In this document: piece by piece, positions 1-7,842 of the stretch | How the letters are laid out: the number at the start of each line of letters is the position of its first letter | Position numbering within the stretch: position 1 is the first letter of the stretch | Source: Methanobacteriota archaeon | GTDB taxonomy: Archaea > Thermoplasmatota > Poseidoniia > Poseidoniales > Poseidoniaceae | NCBI GenBank assembly: GCA_009936765.1 | Contig: JAACDL010000190.1 | Location: forward strand, 1 to 36,734 | Length of the DNA: 36,734 bases | Direction of reading: 5' to 3' | Translations under genes and position numbers: made by a program | The notes under the pieces: model-generated | Databases searched by the model: none | Seen by the model: the letters and a program-made list of their open reading frames with translations, nothing else | Told to the model about the DNA's origin: nothing

Positions 1-3000
1 ATTCCAATCTCTGTTCCAGGGCATTCATCCATCAAATCGTTGACCCCATCATCGTCAGTATCCTTCTGAGCTAAGTTACAGCCATTTTCATCGATAGTCA
101 ATTCTGGGTTTGAATCTGGACATGAATCGTATGGATCAAATATTCCATCATCATCTGAATCTACTTCCTTCTGACTATCGGAACACCCAATGCCATCAAC
201 TGTTTCGCCAACTGGAGTACTTGGGCACATATCTTCAGCATTTGATACGAAATCTTGATCGTCGTCTTTCTGGTATTCAGAACAACCAACACTGTCAACA
301 TCCTGGCCTTCCGCGGTATTGTTGCAGTCATCTAATTCATCAGAAATTCCGTCATTGTCTGAATCTACTTCATCTCCAACAATCGGGCAACCAACACCAA
401 TTGTTCCATTGATTACTCCATAATCGTAAGGGCATTTGTCAGGTTCGTTCCCATTTTGGTTGTCTCCCCAACCATCTCCATCAGAATCTGCCACTTGAGT
501 ACTATCATCGGGGAAAGCGTCTGCTGAATCTTCTCTGCCGTCTCCGTCAGTATCAGTGCAGCCATAATAGTCTACAACAGCGCCTTGAGTGTCTACTGAT
601 GTAGTAGAATTACCAGCAACGCTTGGACAATTATCCAGTTCAAGATTAATGGCAATACTAGGATTTCTGTAATTATATGATTCATTCGATGGATCTTTCT
701 GGTCCGAACTACAGCCATCATCATCTGAAGTACCTACGGTGTTTTCACACCAATCGTTCCTGTTTGGAACATTATCTCCATCGTCATCCATGTATGCATA
801 TGATGTCCAATTATTTGGGTATGAGTCCCCGTCTGTATCATTGGCAGCCCATTCATTTGAAGGGAATTTATCAGGTAGAGTTGCACCATCTGATGAGTTG
901 TCACCATATCCATCGCCATCTGAATCGGCCCATTGAGTACCATCATTAGGCCACCAATCTGCGCCATCTTCTTCAGTCCATTCTCTGGAAGTTCCGAAAT
1001 CAGATGGGTCAGATGCGCCATCGCCATCTGTGTCTACACAGCCTAGACGATCTCTGTATGAGTACCCTTGAACCCACCAGCACTTATCGCCGGACTCTTG
1101 GTCGGAATCGTTATCGCCATATCCATCATTGTCATCGTCTTTCCATTGCTTGGGGTTGTAAGGGAATAGGTCAGCCATACTTTGTTCTACAATTCCAAGA
1201 ACTGTGACATTGCAGCAATCTGGGCCATGGTTGTCGCCGATTCTATCTCCATCGGAATCCAAAGCTTGTTTCCAATTAGTAGGGAATCTGTCGCCATTTA
1301 CGAAAGTGGCTGAGTTATCTGCCCAGCCATCCTGGTCTAAATCATCACATCCAACCATTGCCCACCAAGACATTCCATCGTCGTTAACGCAATCATCAGC
1401 AACATCAGACCAACCATCTTCATCATAATCATCACATCCAAACTTGTCGATGTAAGATTCGCCATTTTCCGAAGGGCAAGCATCGGGTGCTGGACCTAGA
1501 GGGTTGTCACCATATCCATCTGAATCTGAGTCCTCCCATTGGTTGCCGACTTGTGGCTTGTTATCATGAGAATCCGGAATCAAATCTCTGTCTGTGTCCT
1601 GCATTAATCTCATTGCATAGAAATGACCATTCGATGATTGTGAATAAGCAAACATAATCATTCCATCTTCTTGCACATCTAGAGGTACAGGATTTTCTGT
1701 GGCAATAGCAGGGAATGAAGTTGAGATTACAGGGAGATTACTAGATTCAACCAATCCAGTGGTCCACACTAGATGATTATCCTCGTTTGTACTGGTAGCA
1801 TGCCATCTTCCTGAATCGACTAATAGTTCAACACTTGAATTAGTATCTGGAATGTCAACAGCCGTATAATTCCAAGAGCCCGCACCGTCTTCAATTAGTA
1901 AACCTTGAACTGTATTATTGGCATCGAATAGAATGACCTGTCCTGACATAGCCAAACTGTGTCCTTCAGTAACTCCCAATAGCCAAGTATCACTCACTAC
2001 AGTCCAATTCCCACCACTGATTGAACGTTCTAAGACGATTAGGTGGTCTGAATCTATCAGAGAAATTACAATTTTATCATCTAACAGTTCAATTTCGAAT
2101 TGCGAGGTTGTATTTGCGCCAATTATGTCTGTAGCATTGGAAGTACCGTTATCATATTCTACTAACTGTAACATTGTTGAACTATTTGAAACTGCAACTT
2201 GAACGAACATCAGAACATCGTCATCAGACATTATCGATTCAAAATCTTCTCCAATTGTTGTGTTGAGAATTGAAGTCTCATTCCATGTACCATCTAAGGT
2301 TGCCATTCGCACCATGTAGTCGTCATCGTCAACAAATACCATGTGAGTTCGATCTTCAGAATCGAGATGTATACCGATCGGATAAGCTAAGTCGATTGAA
2401 CTCTTGACTGTAGTTGTAGTGAATCCAGTAGAAGATTCTTCAGTGTAAAAGATTGATGAGAAGCCTGATGAGAAGTGACCTAATCTCTGATGACCATTTG
2501 AGTCGACTGTAGAGGCCATTTGCTCACCTAGCCCGTTACCAGAACCTAAAGCAAACTCTATTGCTGTATTACCGGTTAGTGAGAGAGACATTATTTCACT
2601 CGAAGAATGGAATAGAATTGTAGGTTTGCCCGCATTTGAAATCCCGATATTCGCTTGATGAGCATTGGTTAATTCACGAGTTAGCCAACGTCCTGATGGA
2701 GTTCCATCTAGAGTATTCTCCATCAATAGCAAACTAGAATCATCCAGCATAGCCATTATCAGAGGTGTGCCTCTCAATGGAGTGTGCATCTCGATTCCTA
2801 CTACTGGTTGGTCAAAATCAAAGTCGATGTACTCCCAATCCCTTTCGGACATTATTGTCAAAACTGGGCCAAAACTTTCTCCTCGATTTAAGTCTCTAGA
2901 TGAATAAATCAACTCACCCATCCCATCTCCATTTACATCTATTCCAGTGAGAAGATTCAATCCTACATTCTGTCCTGCAGAACCTTGAGCAAATATTTGA

Positions 3001-5045
3001 GTCTCGGTTCTAGGACCGTTTTGTGAACCCAAGTAAAGGTGTACTTTACCGGCCTTAGATGATGATGGAGCCATAACTAGGAAATCGGAATAACCATCTT
3101 CGTTAATGTCGCCAGCAGGAGATATTGTTTGTCCTAGAAGGGCGTTCGCGAAATTACCCTTGTCTGTCCAAGTGCCGGGCCCGGAAACAGGCCCGGTACT
3201 AGAACCAGCCCACATGTGGACTTTACCTTCGTGATATAATCCATCAGCGAACAATTCACTGACTAGTATATCATCAAAGCCGTCTCCGTCTACATCACCT
3301 ATGAATGACATTTCAACACCGTACAATTTCCCTTGCGTTAAAGGGGCATGAACAATTGCTGCTGTTGGATTAATTCCACTAGCATTACCCATGTAGAACT
3401 CTACAGAAGAATAACCGGTCGGACTATCGATTGTCCCAGTGTTAGAAACGGCCATGTCCATGAATCCATCACCATTTATGTCTCCATTACCGATAACTTG
3501 GCGACCAAACATTGTACCCGAACCTGTTTGAGTAATGTTAGCATGGTGAACCATCGATGTGTTATTTCCTTTGAGTACCATTACCAAGCCGTTTTCTGAA
3601 AGAGTTGGAGTCAATGTATTTTCTAGAATCATTTTGTCAGCAACTACGGCTAAATCTGTACATCCATCAGATTCCACATCACCAAGAGATGTCAATGACC
3701 ATCCAAGGTTATCATCATCGCTTCCATTCATTTCCCACCAAGTAGAGGTCGAGATTCCTGAAGCAGAACCTAATCTTATCGAAATATGCCCAGAATTGTT
3801 CACACCAAGACCTGGCTCACTGGAAGCAATGTCGTCAAAACCATCACAGTTGAAATCTCCAATTGCGATTCCAAACCCAAGCATGGAATCACTGTACGAG
3901 CCTACAAGGATTCTGTCAGCTAATGCTCCAGGTCCGTCTGGTGAGCCGTAATGAATTGAGATTGTTCCATTACCATCAGGGTCGGTGTACACGATATCGT
4001 CCTTGCCATCACCATTCAGATCTCCAGCAAGGAGTTCACCTTCTACTGAATCATCATCATAGTTGATGACCCAATTGGAGTCAGGGTCTATCCTACCTGT
4101 GTCTTTTCCTGCAAGACTTCGTAGCAAAGAGAGTGTGTTATTTCCTAACCCATCTGATTTTGAGTAGGTTATCTGTTCAATATCGTTGATGTCTAAATCC
4201 ATACCTATGGCTGATGAAACTGTGCTTCCTCTTGCCAGTATTTGTCTAACCTCCATGGTATCATTGAATTTGATTAAGCGGACTTCTCCTTCAGCGGAAT
4301 TAGTGTAAACCACGTGAATCATATCGTCTGAATCAATCGCCACTTCGATATCATCACCGACTGGACCAACATCCAGAATGGTGTGATTCCAAAATGCTTT
4401 ATTGAACCAAAGGTGATGTAATGCCTGGTCTAGATCTTGGAACATTATGTGACTCTTGAATTCCGAGTCGAATGAAATCTTAAGACCGCTGTTGAATACA
4501 TCTTCAGCGATTGTACGTAAGTGCCAAGTCCTTTCAAGGTAAACTGAGTTTTCTTCGGCTAATCGTGCTAGGCGCAAATCATCTCCGATATTGTAAACCA
4601 CCTGAATTCGATTGTTGGCACCTATAGCAACTGCACATTCATCAGCATTCAAACCATTGCTTAATGCCTCTACAAGTAGAGTATCCATTGTACCATCCAG
4701 GTGTATTGTATGGAGGTTAACATCGGATGAATTTAGAGAACAAGCATAACCAATGCCAACATCGGTTACTATCAAATCCATCGGTTTGCTTGACATATCA
4801 CCATATGAAGAGGCGTTCCAATAATCTAAAACCGATTCACCACGAACTACCCAATTTTTACCATCTACGGAAATCAAGTCGCCTTCAAGGTCATGACCAG
4901 AGCCACTAGAAAAGCCTACTGAGTTAGATTTTTCTGATTCATCATCCAATGATTCACCTACAGGGAAAACGAATAGTGGAGATATAATTTGGATGATGAA
5001 AATGGCGGAAATTGCTAGTGGAAGACCCTTGCTTCGCCATGACAT
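1..5045 (-). CDS. Giant secreted surface protein, C-terminally truncated by the window edge: signal peptide, repeat-rich N-terminal region, seven FG-GAP (integrin-alpha-like) repeats, a second beta-rich repeat region, and TSP3-like Ca-binding repeats
   Basis: Absent from the supplied ORF track, which requires an in-window stop. Reading the reverse complement from the ATG at 5045 stays open to position 1 (1681 codons + 2 nt; frame hand-checked at both ends). The N-terminus MSWRSKGLPLAISAIFIIQIISPLFVFPVGE looks like a signal peptide. Seven FG-GAP loops lie at about nt 2900-4080: GDLNGDGKDDIVY, GDFNCDGFDDIAS, GDVESDGCTDLAV, GDINGDGFMDMAV, GDVDGDGFDDILV, GDINEDGYSDFLV, IDVNGDGMGELIY. About nt 1-1600 encodes DSDGDGYGDN / DTDGDGASDPSD / DSDGDGWGDN loops with CP...GC spacers. 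Confidence 0.8.
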   Translation of the reverse strand, partial: MSWRSKGLPLAISAIFIIQIISPLFVFPVGESLDDESEKSNSVGFSSGSGHDLEGDLISVDGKNWVVRGESVLDYWNASSYGDMSSKPMDLIVTDVGIGYACSLNSSDVNLHTIHLDGTMDTLLVEALSNGLNADECAVAIGANNRIQVVYNIGDDLRLARLAEENSVYLERTWHLRTIAEDVFNSGLKISFDSEFKSHIMFQDLDQALHHLWFNKAFWNHTILDVGPVGDDIEVAIDSDDMIHVVYTNSAEGEVRLIKFNDTMEVRQILARGSTVSSAIGMDLDINDIEQITYSKSDGLGNNTLSLLRSLAGKDTGRIDPDSNWVINYDDDSVEGELLAGDLNGDGKDDIVYTDPDGNGTISIHYGSPDGPGALADRILVGSYSDSMLGFGIAIGDFNCDGFDDIASSEPGLGVNNSGHISIRLGSASGISTSTWWEMNGSDDDNLGWSLTSLGDVESDGCTDLAVVADKMILENTLTPTLSENGLVMVLKGNNTSMVHHANITQTGSGTMFGRQVIGNGDINGDGFMDMAVSNTGTIDSPTGYSSVEFYMGNASGINPTAAIVHAPLTQGKLYGVEMSFIGDVDGDGFDDILVSELFADGLYHEGKVHMWAGSSTGPVSGPGTWTDKGNFANALLGQTISPAGDINEDGYSDFLVMAPSSSKAGKVHLYLGSQNGPRTETQIFAQGSAGQNVGLNLLTGIDVNGDGMGELIYSSRDLNRGESFGPVLTIMSERDWEYIDFDFDQPVVGIEMHTPLRGTPLIMAMLDDSSLLLMENTLDGTPSGRWLTRELTNAHQANIGISNAGKPTILFHSSSEIMSLSLTGNTAIEFALGSGNGLGEQMASTVDSNGHQRLGHFSSGFSSIFYTEESSTGFTTTTVKSSIDLAYPIGIHLDSEDRTHMVFVDDDDYMVRMATLDGTWNETSILNTTIGEDFESIMSDDDVLMFVQVAVSNSSTMLQLVEYDNGTSNATDIIGANTTSQFEIELLDDKIVISLIDSDHLIVLERSISGGNWTVVSDTWLLGVTEGHSLAMSGQVILFDANNTVQGLLIEDGAGSWNYTAVDIPDTNSSVELLVDSGRWHATSTNEDNHLVWTTGLVESSNLPVISTSFPAIATENPVPLDVQEDGMIMFAYSQSSNGHFYAMRLMQDTDRDLIPDSHDNKPQVGNQWEDSDSDGYGDNPLGPAPDACPSENGESYIDKFGCDDYDEDGWSDVADDCVNDDGMSWWAMVGCDDLDQDGWADNSATFVNGDRFPTNWKQALDSDGDRIGDNHGPDCCNVTVLGIVEQSMADLFPYNPKQWKDDDNDGYGDNDSDQESGDKCWWVQGYSYRDRLGCVDTDGDGASDPSDFGTSREWTEEDGADWWPNDGTQWADSDGDGYGDNSSDGATLPDKFPSNEWAANDTDGDSYPNNWTSYAYMDDDGDNVPNRNDWCENTVGTSDDDGCSSDQKDPSNESYNYRNPSIAINLELDNCPSVAGNSTTSVDTQGAVVDYYGCTDTDGDGREDSADAFPDDSTQVADSDGDGWGDNQNGNEPDKCPYDYGVINGTIGVGCPIVGDEVDSDNDGISDELDDCNNTAEGQDVDSVGCSEYQKDDDQDFVSNAEDMCPSTPVGETVDGIGCSDSQKEVDSDDDGIFDPYDSCPDSNPELTIDENGCNLAQKDTDDDGVNDLMDECPGTEIG

Positions 5046-5095
5046 ATCCCCCATCACGCCCCCCGCCCTACATTACTATTCCCAACAAATGATTA

Positions 5096-5115
5096 CGGCC
5101 CCCTATAGGGGGCCG
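5096..5115. repeat. Perfect 20-bp palindrome CGGCCCCCTATAGGGGGCCG, nearly centred in the divergent intergenic region; candidate operator or bidirectional promoter core
   Basis: Read directly from the sequence; it is its own reverse complement. The midpoint lies about 60 nt from the ATG at 5045 (minus gene) and about 62 nt from the ATG at 5168 (plus gene). The core is TATA flanked by 8-bp arms that are entirely G/C. Its existence is certain; its function is inferred. Confidence 0.4.
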
Positions 5116-5167
5116 GTAAATACAATCCAATCGAACCGCTTGAATCGGTGAATCTCATGGCCCCAAT

Positions 5168-5746
5168 ATGGCGGACATGGTGCTGGTCGTTGCGAATGGC
5201 GAATGGAGCGACTCGGGATTAGTTGAAACTATGATTGAGACTTCAACTTTCAAGATTGCATTGGATGGAGCTGCAGACCGATTTGACACATGGGATGTGG
5301 TTGTTGGAGACATGGACTCAATCTCTAATCCTGAACATCACGAGCCTGCCACAAACCAGAACTATTCTGACCTTGCTAAAGCCCTAAAAATGTATGATGT
5401 TGATGCGATTGTTGGAGTTGCTGGAGGAAGGTTAGATCATCAAATCGCAGCGTACACATCTTTATTCGAAAGTAACTCTGATGCAATTCTATATTTTGAT
5501 GGATGGAGAGCGTGTCGAGTCCATCCTGATGGTTTACAAATTGATTTAGCGATTGGAACAATTTGTTCTTTAATGCCGTTTGGAAATGTCAATAATGTCA
5601 CCTGTAACGGAGTAGAATTTATTCTTGAAAATGAGGATATATCAACGGGAACAAGGGGTGTTGGAAATAGAGTAACAGAAGAGGTCGTAAATATCTCACA
5701 TGAAGGGGGAGATCTACTCTTCATTTGGGAGGCAAATGCGCCCTGA
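5168..5746 (+). CDS. Thiamine pyrophosphokinase (thiamine diphosphokinase, TPK family)
   Basis: 192 aa. TPK motifs: VVGDMDS (GDxDS), NQNYSDLAKAL (DxTD-like), GVAGGRLDHQIA (GGRxDH), and a C-terminal thiamine-binding-like beta domain ending GVGNRV. Confidence 0.7.
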   Translation: MADMVLVVANGEWSDSGLVETMIETSTFKIALDGAADRFDTWDVVVGDMDSISNPEHHEPATNQNYSDLAKALKMYDVDAIVGVAGGRLDHQIAAYTSLFESNSDAILYFDGWRACRVHPDGLQIDLAIGTICSLMPFGNVNNVTCNGVEFILENEDISTGTRGVGNRVTEEVVNISHEGGDLLFIWEANAP

Positions 5747-6581
5747 TAAACCGTGAATACTCTTCTTTACCATCCCAAGTTCTTGCTCTTTCATCAACTC
5801 TTGAGGCTTCAACTGTAGATTCGTATCCACCCCAATCCTCAATCAACTTGAGCTTCCATGCTGCTTTGGCTGAATGGCCAGGGAATAAAGTCCTCCACAT
5901 ATTTGGAATCCTGCCCGGAGTGATTAGATTGACTTGGTCAACAATCGAGGTTGTACAGGTCTTACCAAATGTGTGGTACCACTCGGGTTTCTCTCCAAGA
6001 GAATTTAGTCGGTCACATAAAGCGTTGAATAATGCCTTGTCTTTGCCAGGAGGAGTCTGAACTCTGTAGAGGTGGACCTTGTGCTTTCTGCCGTTAGTTC
6101 TCAAGTGCAGTGCGTCTCTTTCTGTAGCTACAAGTAGGTACAACTCAAATGCACGCCACATACCTTGCCATGGGTCATATTTCTCCCCAACTTCTCTACG
6201 GGTTTCGAAAGAGAAGGTGATGAATTGACCATCACTAAATTCGAATGTTAACATTGTATGGGCAAGCGCCTTTATTTTGTGGAAATGGTCGATTACATAC
6301 CAGACATCTGTGATCTCATCGGTGTCAACACTAGTGTCTATCCACTTTGAGTCGTGGTCCCTTTTACCACTCCATGTGAAATCTCTAACATTTTTCAGGG
6401 AAACTTTCGAGCCTTTGTAGGATGCTATGCCGTGGTGAGCATTATCTGCAACCCAGTTTTTTTCTAAACCTGGAATTTGAGATTGGAGGTGAACATACCT
6501 TTTCCAAATTGCTTTAATTAACATCAGCAGTAGACCAGTGCCGCTGATTATCATTGTCCAAAACGCAATGTCGCGCAGCAA
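5721..6581 (-). CDS. DUF4105 (Lnb N-terminal-like) domain membrane protein
   Basis: 286 aa with N-terminal TM IAFWTMIISGTGLLLMLI. HTMLTFEFSDGQFITFSFETRRE and YHTFGKTCTTSIVDQV (NCTT-like) resemble DUF4105 signatures recalled from memory. The TTG start at 6581 is preceded by AGAGGTGGGGAG (SD-like, about 4 nt spacing). It overlaps the upstream gene by 68 nt. Confidence 0.5.
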   Translation of the reverse strand: MLRDIAFWTMIISGTGLLLMLIKAIWKRYVHLQSQIPGLEKNWVADNAHHGIASYKGSKVSLKNVRDFTWSGKRDHDSKWIDTSVDTDEITDVWYVIDHFHKIKALAHTMLTFEFSDGQFITFSFETRREVGEKYDPWQGMWRAFELYLLVATERDALHLRTNGRKHKVHLYRVQTPPGKDKALFNALCDRLNSLGEKPEWYHTFGKTCTTSIVDQVNLITPGRIPNMWRTLFPGHSAKAAWKLKLIEDWGGYESTVEASRVDERARTWDGKEEYSRFIRAHLPPK

Positions 6582-7842
6582 CTCCCCACCTCTTCCACAT
6601 CAAAGAGGCACGATCCCACCAGTCGACTTCACCATCACCATGACGGCGCCAAAGCATGCCGTTTTCATCGACGTGAGTAGGTAGACCTTCAGAATCAGGC
6701 TCACCGATCTCATTGAGCATACTTCTTCCCATTTCATCATCCTCTGGGCCCTTCATCATCAGTACGAATACTGCAATTCCCAAGACTAATGATAGTACTA
6801 TAATTCCATAAATCCCAACAGATGAAGTTTCTGTTTCCTCGCCACGGGATAGTACCGGAGCGTCATCATCTTCAACTTCTGAATCAGGAGATGGCGTTCT
6901 GATTAGCATAGTTCCACCAGTGGTACTTATTTCCTCATCATTGGTAACAGTTAACAGAATCTTGTAAACTCCTGAACCCCATTTCGAGCAGTCTAATGTG
7001 CTAGAGTTAGCAACCACTCCAATTGAAGGAGTAATTGTCCAATCTTTGGTATATCCGAAATGGTCTTCGCCTGTTGCCTGTAAGTGAGAAACAGTACAAG
7101 GAGTTCCAGCTAGTTGTTCGTCACCATCGATTTCAATTGTAAAATGCGGAGGAGGTTTGTTGACAATAACTAGTTCAAGAGTATCTGATGTTGTCTGTCC
7201 AAGGCCATTCTGGTAAGTCTCGCTTACAACATATGTTCCTGCAGGCCAGTTACTACAATCCAATACAGTATCATCATCTAAGACTTTGAATGGAGTGCCG
7301 ACAATAGATCGAGTGCCGACAAAATTCCACCTAGGTCCGGTTTCATCAATGAAGTTCCTAGTTATTTCACATGTGTCACCAGTTTGCATTATTTCTGAGC
7401 CGGACAATACTAGGTCTGCTGAAGGTACTGCTAAAGCAGGACTTAAGTCAAAGACTCCAATGTTTATCGACTTGAGAAGTCTACCATCTGCATCACTTAT
7501 TTCGAGGACTAATCGATGCTCGCCTACAGCCCATGAATCGTATGTCAAAGAAGCATTTTCTTGATCTTCAAATGCCATCAAAACCTCTTCTTGTACAGTA
7601 AATCCGGAATGCTCTCCGATTAATGTGAGAGTCAAATCAATCCATTGCTGGGTTGAATTCAGTACTACTACTACTCTAATCGCATCCATCATTCCATCTT
7701 GGTTACTATCTAGACTATCATTTCGAAGCGCAACCAAATTCAACCCAGCTGCGACAAATGGATCAGATTCTTCCTCTTCAGCAACTACTTGTCCCGTGAA
7801 GCAAAGTGAGAACATTAGAGCAATCAAAAACCACTCACGCAT
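6514..7842 (-). CDS. Type-I membrane-anchored surface protein with Ig/PKD-like repeats and an approximately 85-aa cytoplasmic tail carrying a Trp-rich WW-like motif
   Basis: Signal peptide MREWFLIALMFSLCFTGQVVA, acidic ectodomain, TM GIYGIIVLSLVLGIAVFVLMM. I prefer the ATG at 7842 over the track start at 7860 because GGAGGTGA sits 5 nt upstream of it. Function unknown. Confidence 0.75.
   Translation of the reverse strand: MREWFLIALMFSLCFTGQVVAEEEESDPFVAAGLNLVALRNDSLDSNQDGMMDAIRVVVVLNSTQQWIDLTLTLIGEHSGFTVQEEVLMAFEDQENASLTYDSWAVGEHRLVLEISDADGRLLKSINIGVFDLSPALAVPSADLVLSGSEIMQTGDTCEITRNFIDETGPRWNFVGTRSIVGTPFKVLDDDTVLDCSNWPAGTYVVSETYQNGLGQTTSDTLELVIVNKPPPHFTIEIDGDEQLAGTPCTVSHLQATGEDHFGYTKDWTITPSIGVVANSSTLDCSKWGSGVYKILLTVTNDEEISTTGGTMLIRTPSPDSEVEDDDAPVLSRGEETETSSVGIYGIIVLSLVLGIAVFVLMMKGPEDDEMGRSMLNEIGEPDSEGLPTHVDENGMLWRRHGDGEVDWWDRASLMWKRWGVAARHCVLDNDNQRHWSTADVN

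Noticed and set aside
5116-5167. A possible TPP (THI-box) riboswitch upstream of the thiamine pyrophosphokinase gene
   Set aside because: The spacer is too short (about 120 nt shared by two divergent genes). I could not find the conserved CUGAGA / ACCUGAUCUGGAUAAUGCCAGCG-type elements.
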